From Microcystis aeruginosa NIES-843 (lineage in GTDB: Bacteria > Cyanobacteriota > Cyanobacteriia > Cyanobacteriales > Microcystaceae): DNA of 32,000 nt. The stretch spans positions 2,040,001 through 2,072,000 of the forward strand of contig NC_010296.1 in assembly GCF_000010625.1 (NCBI RefSeq), written 5' to 3'. Below the pieces are notes generated by a model that saw nothing but the letters and a program-made list of their open reading frames with translations, searched no databases and was not told the origin of the DNA. The translations under genes were made by a program, and so were the position numbers. The stretch's first letter is position 1. Each line of letters starts with the position of its first letter. Below, in pieces: positions 8,568 through 16,904 of this stretch.

Positions 8568-9897
8568 CAGCAGCGCCCAACAACTTTGGCATAATCTCCT
8601 AGAGCGTCTAAAATTACTATTAACCCGTCCCGCTTTCGAGACTTGGTTTCAAACGGCGACGGTTAAAGAATGGCAAAACGATCGCTTAGTAATTCAGGCT
8701 GCCAATCCCTTTATTCTTAACCATCTTCAGAAAAATTATCTGTCAACAATTGCCGAAGTAGTGCAGGATATCGTCGGTTATCCCGTCGAGATTCAACTCA
8801 CGGCACAACAGGGCGATTTGATCGCTATTTTCCAGCCTCACACTAGCTTAGAATCAGAATTATCTCCCACCAATCAACTTAACCCTAAATATAATTTTTC
8901 CCGTTTTGTTGTCGGGCCAACTAATCGCATGGCCCACGCGGCCGCTTTAGCGGTGGCGGAATTACCTGGACGCGAATTTAACCCGCTTTTTCTCTGTGGT
9001 GGGGTGGGGTTAGGTAAAACCCATTTAATGCAAGCGATCGGTCATTATCGTCTAGAATTATATCCCCAATCTAGGGTTTTTTATGTATCGACGGAACAAT
9101 TTACGAATGATTTAATCACCGCTATCCGTCAAGATAGTATGGAAAGTTTTCGTAATCATTATCGCCATGCGGACATATTATTAGTGGATGATCTGCAATT
9201 TATTGAAGGAAAAGAATACACTCAAGAAGAATTTTTTCATACCTTTAATACCCTGCACGAAGCGGGAAAACAGGTAGTTTTAGCCTCCGATCGCCTCCCC
9301 AAACAGATTCCCAGTTTACAGGATCGTTTAATTTCTCGATTTTCTATGGGATTAGTCGCCGATATCCAAGCACCGGATATCGAAACTCGCATGGCAATTT
9401 TACAAAAAAAGGCCGAGTACGAAAATCTGCGTCTCCCAAGAGAAGTTATCGAATATATTGCCGTTAATTATACTTCTAATATTCGCGAATTAGAGGGGGC
9501 ATTAATCCGGGCTACCACTTATATTTCTATCTCTGGATTGCCGATGACGGTAGAAAATATCGCGCCGGTTTTAAATCCACCAATGGCCAAAATTGCCACT
9601 TCTCCTGAGATTATTATGGCGGTAGTAGCGGAAAAGTTTCAACTCTCGATCGCCGATCTAAAAGGAAATTCCCGCCGACGAGAAATTAGTTTTGCCCGAC
9701 AGATTGGGATGTATTTGATGCGTCAACACACGGATTTAAGCTTACCGCGCATTGGCGAAGAATTTGGCGGCAAAGATCACACCACCGTTATTTATAGCTG
9801 TGATAAAATCAACCTTTCCCAGCATCAAGACCGACAATTACAAGAAATCTTAGCCCAACTAATCGAGCGAATTAACTCCCTCAGTCGCAATCAGTAG
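8563..9897 (+). CDS. dnaA: Chromosomal replication initiator DnaA
   Basis: 444 aa. It starts at a GTG, which is the only start after the in-frame TAA at 8548. Walker A is [10 protein letters not shown] and Walker B is LLVDDLQF. The C-terminal DNA-binding region reads [11 protein letters not shown]. Confidence 0.95.
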   Translation: MDSSAQQLWHNLLERLKLLLTRPAFETWFQTATVKEWQNDRLVIQAANPFILNHLQKNYLSTIAEVVQDIVGYPVEIQLTAQQGDLIAIFQPHTSLESELSPTNQLNPKYNFSRFVVGPTNRMAHAAALAVAELPGREFNPLFLCGGVGLGKTHLMQAIGHYRLELYPQSRVFYVSTEQFTNDLITAIRQDSMESFRNHYRHADILLVDDLQFIEGKEYTQEEFFHTFNTLHEAGKQVVLASDRLPKQIPSLQDRLISRFSMGLVADIQAPDIETRMAILQKKAEYENLRLPREVIEYIAVNYTSNIRELEGALIRATTYISISGLPMTVENIAPVLNPPMAKIATSPEIIMAVVAEKFQLSIADLKGNSRRREISFARQIGMYLMRQHTDLSLPRIGEEFGGKDHTTVIYSCDKINLSQHQDRQLQEILAQLIERINSLSRNQ

Positions 9898-9906
9898 TCG
9901 GGGGTA

Positions 9907-10266
9907 ATTTTGACATCCTCGCCGCCCTAAAAGTGCGGCGATTCCTAAACCTCACGATTTAAGTTTCTGCTTCCACCACCGTCGCATACCACAGTTAAAA
10001 AACCATGTACTGTCTTACACAGAGTCCACAGACTTTCGCCCCATTTCAGAAGCCCGATTCCGTGTGTCCCACGGTACGTTGACCGCCTATAGCTTCTTGT
10101 ACTTGTTGCGCGCGACTTTTTACCCGGCCAAGCTTTTCTGGTCGGAACCCCCTAAGCCGAGTTTTCAAGGTGCTGCGCCGTCCACTTGGTTTTCGAGACT
10201 GGCCTTTTAATTCTAACGTAAAGCCAACCTAGAACGGCGGGGTTTCAGACCCAAAATTTCCGATGA
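9907..10266 (-). mobile_element. Non-autonomous, tnpB-less derivative of the IS200/IS605 family (both ends present, interior about 250 bp non-coding)
   Basis: The reverse complement starts TCATCGGAAATTTTGGGTCTGAAACCCCGCCGTT, which is the left end. It finishes GAAGCAGAAACTTAAATCGTGAGGTTTAGGAATCGCCGCACTTTTAGGGCGGCGAGGATGTCAA, which is the right end. There is no intact ORF. Confidence 0.75.
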
Positions 10267-10283
10267 ATTATCAATTATGAATT

Positions 10284-10383
10284 GGGGAGATGGGGAGATG
10301 GGGAGACCACTTCGTGCGCGTTGCGGGGGGAGATGGGGAGACCACTTCGTGCGCGTTGCGGGGGGAGATGGGGAGATGGGGAG
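10284..10383. repeat. G-rich tandem array: GGGGAGAT octamers plus a duplicated 35-mer
   Basis: GGGGAGATGGGGAGACCACTTCGTGCGCGTTGCGG occurs twice, flanked by further GGGGAGAT units. Confidence 0.9.
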
Positions 10384-10399
10384 CATAAATGAAAATAAT

Positions 10400-10434
10400 C
10401 TCCTGACTCCTGACTCCCGACTCCTGACTCCCGA
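10400..10434. repeat. STRR-type heptamer array (CTCCTGA/CTCCCGA)x5
   Basis: The array is read directly. It is preceded by AAAATAAT, as at 27933-27940. It is followed by AAACTTTTTCAGCAAAACCTAACTAC, as at locus 1. Confidence 0.9.
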
Positions 10435-10462
10435 CACCACCAACAAACTTTTTCAGCAAAAC

Positions 10463-11413
10463 CTAACTACAGGAGAATAAACTGGCAATTGTAGCGATGA
10501 GATGAGAGGTCATGGGTAAACTATCGATCACCATAGCTGTACATAATAACATCATGTAAAGAATGGAATATTTAAACAGCGATCGAGCGATATCCCGATC
10601 AAAAGGATTCTGTTTTAATCGCCAAGCTTTTTTCAGGAAAACAAACCCTAAAACCAAAGCCGCTACACCATAGACCACACCACAGGCAGCCAAGGGATAA
10701 ATCAGGAGGAAAGTGAAAGGAACGACGATTAAAGTATAGAGCCAAATCTGCTCGCTAGTGGCTTCTTCCCCTTTAACTACGGGCATCATCGGTATATCTA
10801 CTTCTGCATAATCATCCTTGATCATTAAAGCCAAAGCCCAAAAATGGGGAGGAGTCCAAAGGAAAATAATGGCGAATAAAATCCAGGGAATCCAACCGAG
10901 ATCGCCCGTTACTGCCGCCCAACCGACGAGGGGAGGAATCGAGCCAGCCGCGCCACCGATAACAATATTTTGGATACTATGACGCTTGAGCAGATGGGTA
11001 TAAATCAGCATATAAAATGCGATACCGGTCATTGCTAAAAATCCGCTCAAAGTATTGACAAAAAAGACAAAAAGTGCTAGAGAAAGGGAGGCTAAAACGA
11101 GGGCAAAAATGAGGGCGTGGAGGGGTTGCACGCGACCGGAGGGGATCGGACGGGCGCGAGTACGAAGCATGGTGTGATCGATGTCGCGATCATAGATGCA
11201 GTTTAAGGTTTGAGCGGCGGCGGCGGCGAGAGTGCCACCGAGGAGAGTAAGAAAGAGTAAGAGGGGGGAAACCTGACCTTTAGAGGCGATTTCCATGGCA
11301 GCGGCCGTAGTAATCAGCAGTAGAGGAATAATTCGCGGTTTAGTGAGTTGATAATAACTTTTAGCGACTTGTAAAAAATTATCGTGGTGGCGAAGGGCTT
11401 GAGTTCCAGTCAT
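10463..11413 (-). CDS. ctaB: Protoheme IX farnesyltransferase (heme O synthase)
   Basis: 316 aa polytopic UbiA-family protein. Motifs are [23 protein letters not shown] and [10 protein letters not shown]. Confidence 0.93.
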   Translation of the reverse strand: MTGTQALRHHDNFLQVAKSYYQLTKPRIIPLLLITTAAAMEIASKGQVSPLLLFLTLLGGTLAAAAAQTLNCIYDRDIDHTMLRTRARPIPSGRVQPLHALIFALVLASLSLALFVFFVNTLSGFLAMTGIAFYMLIYTHLLKRHSIQNIVIGGAAGSIPPLVGWAAVTGDLGWIPWILFAIIFLWTPPHFWALALMIKDDYAEVDIPMMPVVKGEEATSEQIWLYTLIVVPFTFLLIYPLAACGVVYGVAALVLGFVFLKKAWRLKQNPFDRDIARSLFKYSILYMMLLCTAMVIDSLPMTSHLIATIASLFSCS

Positions 11414-11426
11414 CGTGATTAAATCC

Positions 11427-12413
11427 TTAGAGATGGCTTATAGGCGCGAAAGAACGATCGCGAAGGGCAAAAGTGGTAAAAGCGACGAGGGTTCCCACCA
11501 ATAGCGCACCGATGCTGTGGTGGGTAATGGTTAAGGGTTCCACCTGGAGATGTAGTTTCAGGGTGGCAACGCCTAAAAACACCTGTAGGGCGACTAATCC
11601 CCCGGCGCTAAAAGCTAGTTTTTTGAGGAGAGGATGGATAGCGGCAGCTCGCCAAGCGAAGAAAACTAGGGTTAAAACCGAGATAGTGGCGGGAAAAACC
11701 CCGATAATGTGGCTATTCATCACCGTGCAGAGTTGGGAAACCGTTAAACACTGATGGGCTGCCCAACGGGAACCGACGAGACCGCCGAGGAGACATTGCA
11801 GATAAACTAGACTGGTGGCGACCATTCCCATCCCGGTTAGTTTTCCGACCGTACCTGTGCCACGGTAGGGAGTCAGACAAATAGCAATGACGATTAAGGT
11901 GGCAAAAAAGAGCAAAGCTGTGGCTAAATGGGCGGTTACGATGTCAAATCGCAGTAATTGGGTGACGGTTAATCCTCCCAGGACTCCTTGCAGGAGAATT
12001 AAAGCCAAGGCGGCGATCGCAGATGGCCACAGCCAAGGGGGAAGATGGCGACGATACCAGCAAGACAGACCGACGAGAGCGATCGTACTAAACCCGATCA
12101 AAGAGGCATCGAGACGATGAAACCACTCCAGAAATACCTGTAGATTCATCTGCTGACTGGGAATCCATTGACCGTAACAGAGGGGCCAATCGGGACAAGC
12201 TAAACCGGCGTTCATAACTCTGGTGGCAGCGCCCACCACCATGAGGGCGAAAGTAGCGATCGCAATTTTCCAGACTAAGCGGCGCATCCACACCTGAATA
12301 TTGCCGGTTTCTCTTAGGGGTGTCGGGTTAAAAACAGATTCGGTCATCGGTTTGCCTGTTCTCAAGGAGTCTGTCATCAAAGATCCTGGCTTTGTTTGCC
12401 AGTCAGTTATCAC
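11427..12413 (-). CDS. ctaA: Heme A synthase (COX15/CtaA family)
   Basis: A polytopic membrane protein with conserved His residues ([22 protein letters not shown]), sitting next to ctaB. The true start may be an internal Met, for example MTESVF. Confidence 0.85.
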   Translation of the reverse strand: MITDWQTKPGSLMTDSLRTGKPMTESVFNPTPLRETGNIQVWMRRLVWKIAIATFALMVVGAATRVMNAGLACPDWPLCYGQWIPSQQMNLQVFLEWFHRLDASLIGFSTIALVGLSCWYRRHLPPWLWPSAIAALALILLQGVLGGLTVTQLLRFDIVTAHLATALLFFATLIVIAICLTPYRGTGTVGKLTGMGMVATSLVYLQCLLGGLVGSRWAAHQCLTVSQLCTVMNSHIIGVFPATISVLTLVFFAWRAAAIHPLLKKLAFSAGGLVALQVFLGVATLKLHLQVEPLTITHHSIGALLVGTLVAFTTFALRDRSFAPISHL

Positions 12414-12661
12414 TGTGAATGAGTTTTTTTACGACTGGTAAAACCTTTTAGATATTCTTTAGATTTCTGGCCATTTCCGTTACATTTGTTTACATAAACT
12501 CAGAATAAAACATAAAAATTAGTTATTTTAAATACTTTCCCCGAAAACGATCCCAAAGAAAAGATAAAATTCTCAGAAGATGCTGGTTAAATTTCCCATC
12601 TATAGGGGAATCATGTTTTAGCCTTGAATAAGTAGCCACTATTAAAAATATTGAAAAGACC

Positions 12662-13627
12662 GTGAAAATTCCCAGCAGTATCCTGACGCTCGTACTCGGG
12701 ATCACCTTAACCTTAATTAGTCTCTGGTATGGCCAAAATCATGGCTTAATGCCTGTGGCCGCTTCTGAAGATGCTCAGGAGATAGATAATATCTTTAATC
12801 TGATGATGACCATCGCCACGGGACTATTTTTAATAGTTGAAGGCGTGATTATCTATATAGTGATTCGCTTTCGCCGTAAACCGGGGGATCAAACCGACGG
12901 GCCGGCAGTGGAGGGCAATGTCCCCCTAGAAATCTTCTGGACAGCCATCCCGACGGTAATCGTTTTTATCCTTGCCGTCTATAGCTTCGAGATTTATAAC
13001 AATATCGGCGGTCTCGATCCCTTGATTTCCAAGGGTGGCAAAGGAGAAATCGCCCACCACAGTCATCACCACGGCACGATGATGGCCATGGGCGGCGATC
13101 GCAGAGTATCCCTAGGTATCGGCAATTCCTACGATGGTGAAGGAGTTCCCCCCCTAGTGGTCAATGTTAAAGGCATTCAATACGCTTGGATCTTCACCTA
13201 TCCCGAAACTGGCATTGTTTCCGGGGAACTGCACGCTCCCGTCAATCGCCCCGTGCAACTGAATATGGAAGCGGGGGATGTGATCCATGCTTTCTGGGTT
13301 CCCCAATTGCGTCTAAAACAGGACGTTATCCCCGGACAGGAAACGGTCTTATCGTTCACATCCAACCAAATTGGTCAATATCCGATCATTTGTGCGGAAC
13401 TTTGCGGGGCCTATCACGGCGGCATGAAATCTAGCTTTGTAGTTCACTCCCAAGCCGATTACGACCAATGGGTGCAGGATAACACGATCGCCGAAGTTGA
13501 CAGCGATCGAACTGTAGCCATGACCACTAAAGATCGCTCTGATAGTCAATATTTGACCCCCTACACCGAAGAAATGGGCATAAACGGTGAAATCCTCGCC
13601 CAAGTTGCCCATCAGCAGCAAATGTAA
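12662..13627 (+). CDS. ctaC: Cytochrome c oxidase subunit II
   Basis: The CuA site reads HAFWVPQLRLKQD...CAELCGAYHGGM. It has two N-terminal transmembrane helices and a GTG start. Confidence 0.93.
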   Translation: MKIPSSILTLVLGITLTLISLWYGQNHGLMPVAASEDAQEIDNIFNLMMTIATGLFLIVEGVIIYIVIRFRRKPGDQTDGPAVEGNVPLEIFWTAIPTVIVFILAVYSFEIYNNIGGLDPLISKGGKGEIAHHSHHHGTMMAMGGDRRVSLGIGNSYDGEGVPPLVVNVKGIQYAWIFTYPETGIVSGELHAPVNRPVQLNMEAGDVIHAFWVPQLRLKQDVIPGQETVLSFTSNQIGQYPIICAELCGAYHGGMKSSFVVHSQADYDQWVQDNTIAEVDSDRTVAMTTKDRSDSQYLTPYTEEMGINGEILAQVAHQQQM

Positions 13628-13656
13628 TTTTTCTTGTCATCTAAAATCTTGGCCTT

Positions 13657-15333
13657 ATGACAGCATCAACGGAAATAACCACCCCAGCAACCGTTCCCGA
13701 GGTGATCCATCACCGCAAGTGGACCGATTACTTTACTTTCTGCACCGATCATAAAGTCATCGGTATTCAATATCTGGTGACTGCCTTTCTTTTCTTCTTT
13801 ATTGGCGGTGCTTTCGCAGAAGTGCTGCGGACGGAATTAGCCACTCCTGACCCCGATTTTGTCTCCCCAGAACTATATAACCAATTCATGACCATGCACG
13901 GAACGATCATGATCTTTCTTTGGATCGTTCCAGTTGGGGCAGGTTTTGCCAATTATCTCATTCCCCTGATGATTGGGGCCGAAGATATGGCTTTTCCTCG
14001 TCTTAACGCTGTGGCTTTCTGGCTTAACCCCCCCGGCGGGCTGCTATTATTATCCAGTTTCTTTGTCGGCGCCCCCCAGTCCGGTTGGACTTCCTACCCA
14101 CCTTTAAGCTTAATTAGCGGCAAATGGGGGGAAGAATTGTGGATTTTGAGCCTTTTATTGATCGGGACTTCTTCGATTTTAGGCTCGATTAATTTCATCA
14201 CCACGATCCTGAAAATGCGGATTCCTGAGATGGATTTGTACAGTATGCCGCTATTTTGTTGGGCAATGCTGGCCACCTCGACTCTGGTACTGCTTTCCAC
14301 TCCCGTTCTCGCTTCTGCTCTTGTTCTCTTGTCCTTTGATTTAATCGCTGGCACGAGCTTTTTTAACCCTGCCGGCGGCGGCGATCCGGTGGTTTATCAG
14401 CATATGTTCTGGTTTTACTCCCATCCTGCTGTTTATATCATGATTTTGCCCTTTTTCGGCACTATATCGGAGATATTACCGGTTCATGCGCGTAAACCGA
14501 TTTTTGGTTATCGAGCGATCGCCTATTCCAGTCTCACCATCTGTTTCTTGGGTTTAATCGTCTGGGCCCACCATATGTTCACCAGCGGCACCCCCGGCTG
14601 GTTACGGATGTTTTTCATGGCGGCAACTATGTTAATCGCCGTTCCCACGGGCATTAAAATCTTTAGTTGGTGTGCCACCCTTTGGGGGGGTAAACTTAGT
14701 CTCAATACGTCTTTATTATTTGGGATCGGTTTCCTGTCTTCCTTCCTCATCGGTGGTTTGACTGGGATTATGTTGGCTTCTGTTCCCTTCGATATCCACG
14801 TCCACGATACCTATTTTGTCGTCGGTCACTTCCATTATGTACTATTTGGTGGTACGGCAATGGCCCTGTTTGCTGCCGTTTACCATTGGTTCCCGAAAAT
14901 GACCGGACGGATGTATAACGAGACTCTCGGTCGTATCCACTTTGTTCTCAGTTTTATCGGTTTGAATTTAACTTTCATGCCGATGCACGAATTGGGATTA
15001 TTGGGTATGAACCGTCGTATTGCCCTGTATGATGTGCAGTTTCAGGATTTAAATGTTCTTAGTACCGCAGGGGCTTATATTCTCGGTATATCGAGTATTC
15101 CCTTTGCTATTAATATGGTCTGGAGTGCCTTTAAAGGTCAACCGGCTGGTCGTAATCCTTGGCGCGCTTTAACCCTAGAATGGCAAACCTCCTCCCCCCC
15201 AATTATCGAGAATTTTGAGGAAATGCCGATTCTTTGGTCTGGCCCCTACGATTACGGTATTGATATGGAAGAATCGGAAGCAGCGGAATCAGTACAAGAT
15301 CTCCTCGCTGAAGTGGGTGCTGAATCCCAATAA
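13657..15333 (+). CDS. ctaD: Cytochrome c oxidase subunit I
   Basis: 558 aa. Motifs are WFYSHPAVYIMILP, WAHHMF and GHFHYVLFGG. Confidence 0.96.
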   Translation: MTASTEITTPATVPEVIHHRKWTDYFTFCTDHKVIGIQYLVTAFLFFFIGGAFAEVLRTELATPDPDFVSPELYNQFMTMHGTIMIFLWIVPVGAGFANYLIPLMIGAEDMAFPRLNAVAFWLNPPGGLLLLSSFFVGAPQSGWTSYPPLSLISGKWGEELWILSLLLIGTSSILGSINFITTILKMRIPEMDLYSMPLFCWAMLATSTLVLLSTPVLASALVLLSFDLIAGTSFFNPAGGGDPVVYQHMFWFYSHPAVYIMILPFFGTISEILPVHARKPIFGYRAIAYSSLTICFLGLIVWAHHMFTSGTPGWLRMFFMAATMLIAVPTGIKIFSWCATLWGGKLSLNTSLLFGIGFLSSFLIGGLTGIMLASVPFDIHVHDTYFVVGHFHYVLFGGTAMALFAAVYHWFPKMTGRMYNETLGRIHFVLSFIGLNLTFMPMHELGLLGMNRRIALYDVQFQDLNVLSTAGAYILGISSIPFAINMVWSAFKGQPAGRNPWRALTLEWQTSSPPIIENFEEMPILWSGPYDYGIDMEESEAAESVQDLLAEVGAESQ

Positions 15334-15480
15334 TCAGTTATCAGTTATCAGTTATCAGATGTGAGTTTTCAGTTATCAGTTATCAGATGTGAGTTTTCAG
15401 TTCACTGTTTACTGTTTACTGTTTACTGATCACTGAAAAAAAGCTTCCCACTTCCCACTTCCCACTTCCCACTTCCCACT
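15334..15480. repeat. Composite STRR block: (TCAGTTA)n with a duplicated 27-mer, (CTGTTTA)x3, (CTTCCCA)x5
   Basis: The arrays are read directly. They begin at the first base after the ctaD TAA and fill most of the ctaD-ctaE spacer. Confidence 0.92.
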
Positions 15481-15525
15481 GACAAAAAGCTCCCCGTCTC
15501 CTGTGTAAACTAAGGACATTCAATC

Positions 15526-16149
15526 ATGCAAGGTTCAACGCTCGAAGATTCTCAACTCTCTGTCAATTATCATCAGGAAACGGTGGAACACGGACATCAT
15601 GGCCACCCGGATCATCGCTTATTCGGTGTGGTTTTGTTTCTAGTGGCGGAAAGTTCCATCTTTTTAGGCTTATTTGCCGCTTTCTTGTTCTACCGTACCA
15701 TGTTACCCGTTTGGCCCCCCGCCGGCACGCCAGAATTAGAGTTAACCCTACCGACAATTAACACGATTATTCTGGTGTCCAGTAGTTTTGTTATGCACAT
15801 AGGACAAAAGGCGATTAAACAAAACAATAATGCCGGTTTACAATTGTGGTTCGGCATTACTGCTCTGATGGGAATTATCTTCCTTTGTGGTCAAGGATAC
15901 GAATATTATCACGCTGAATTCGGTCTGACAACTAATGTTTTCACCAGCGCTTTTTATGCCTTAACCGGATTCCACGGTCTCCACGTTACTTTTGGTTTAG
16001 TGCTAATTCTATCTGTCCTCTGGCGTTCTCGTCAAAAAGACCACTATTCTAGTCAATCTCACTTTGGTGTCGAAGCGGCAGAATTATACTGGCATTTCGT
16101 CGATGTGGTCTGGATTATCCTGTTTTTACTGGTGTATATCTTGAGATAA
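15526..16149 (+). CDS. ctaE: Cytochrome c oxidase subunit III
   Basis: 207 aa. Motifs are FYALTGFHGLHVTFG and LYWHFVDVVW. Confidence 0.93.
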   Translation: MQGSTLEDSQLSVNYHQETVEHGHHGHPDHRLFGVVLFLVAESSIFLGLFAAFLFYRTMLPVWPPAGTPELELTLPTINTIILVSSSFVMHIGQKAIKQNNNAGLQLWFGITALMGIIFLCGQGYEYYHAEFGLTTNVFTSAFYALTGFHGLHVTFGLVLILSVLWRSRQKDHYSSQSHFGVEAAELYWHFVDVVWIILFLLVYILR

Positions 16150-16170
16150 TTTTTGTTATTTACTAGGAGA

Positions 16171-16199
16171 AAAGGGCGATCAATTGATCGCCCTTTTTT
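16171..16199 (+). terminator. Rho-independent terminator after ctaE
   Basis: A perfect 20-bp palindrome GGGCGATCAATTGATCGCCC (16174-16193) is preceded by an A-run and followed by TTTTTT. Confidence 0.75.
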
Positions 16200-16472
16200 G
16201 TATATTTCAATTTACAGCAGTTATCTGATACTCAATCCGTTGAGTATGGGCTACATATCAGGACAGGCACTCATGCAAAAGTAGGGAATAGATAATCAGT
16301 CTTTAATAACCGGATTTAGTATTATACTTCATTTTTAAGAGAAATGCCGTAACTGATAACCGAGTAACTGATAACTCTCCAGAAACTAAGACCTAATTGG
16401 TTAAGCTAAAAGCTTTGATGTGCTTAGTTTCTAACCTTCTTTTTAGGTAGGAGAATTGTCAGATTCTGTCTT

Positions 16473-16541
16473 TTGCCTATTGCCTGTTGCCTCTTGCCTT
16501 CAGAAGCTGATAACTGATAACTGATCACTGATCACTGATAA
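16473..16541. repeat. Heptamer arrays (TTGCCTN)x4 and (CTGATAA/CTGATCA)x5
   Basis: The arrays are read directly. The second one ends at the base next to the carrier-protein stop codon (16542-16544). Confidence 0.9.
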
Positions 16542-16904
16542 TTAACGACGACCGAATAAACTCCAACCTTTGCCACCACTAACGGCCGGTTCAGCTTTTT
16601 CAGCGATGGGAGCAACTTCTGCGGGGGTTTCCTCACCGGAAAGATTAGAAAGATCGTAGTTTTCTACTAGGAAAAGAGACGCTTTTTCAATAGTAGAATA
16701 ATCCCAGAAAAGGGTAGAAGGTAACTCTTGACCGACCCAATCTTCTAGATCACCGACCATCGTTACCGCATCGATCGAATCTAAACCATAACGGGTTAAA
16801 GGTTCAGTCACATTAATCGTTTTTGCATCCAAAGATAACTGATCGGCTAACTGTTTAACTAACCAATTTTGTACGAGATTATTAAGATTGGAGTTGGAGT
16901 TCAT
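16542..16904 (-). CDS. Stand-alone acyl/peptidyl carrier protein (PP-binding, PKS/NRPS type) with a Pro/Ala/Glu-rich C-terminal tail
   Basis: 120 aa. The phosphopantetheine-attachment context is YGLDSIDAVTMVGDLE and the helix-3 region reads STLFWDYSTIEKAS. The tail ends ...GGKGWSLFGRR. The start overlaps the upstream gene by 23 nt. Confidence 0.8.
   Translation of the reverse strand: MNSNSNLNNLVQNWLVKQLADQLSLDAKTINVTEPLTRYGLDSIDAVTMVGDLEDWVGQELPSTLFWDYSTIEKASLFLVENYDLSNLSGEETPAEVAPIAEKAEPAVSGGKGWSLFGRR

Noticed and set aside
9975-10230. I considered whether the GC-rich, structured-looking interior was a stable RNA gene such as tmRNA, RNase P RNA, 6S or SRP.
   Set aside because: I recognised no conserved motifs of those RNAs. 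The segment is bounded by the left and right ends of the IS605-family element, so a transposon derivative explains it better.
10284-10434. I asked whether the G-rich array and the CTCCTGA array pair with each other into a long hairpin.
   Set aside because: Complementarity is limited to the 4-nt GGAG/CTCC core and the periods differ (8 versus 7 nt). At 27814-27975 the G-rich unit (GGGTGTR) is not complementary at all.
10213-10480. Three 60-77 aa ORFs across the dnaA-ctaB spacer.
   Set aside because: They are translations of the tandem GGGGAGAT and CTCCTGA arrays and of the IS left end. They are low-complexity and have no start context.
12523-12705. A 60-aa minus-strand ORF in the ctaA-ctaC divergent spacer.
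   Set aside because: The region is an AT-rich promoter, the ORF overlaps the ctaC start, and it shows no homology features.
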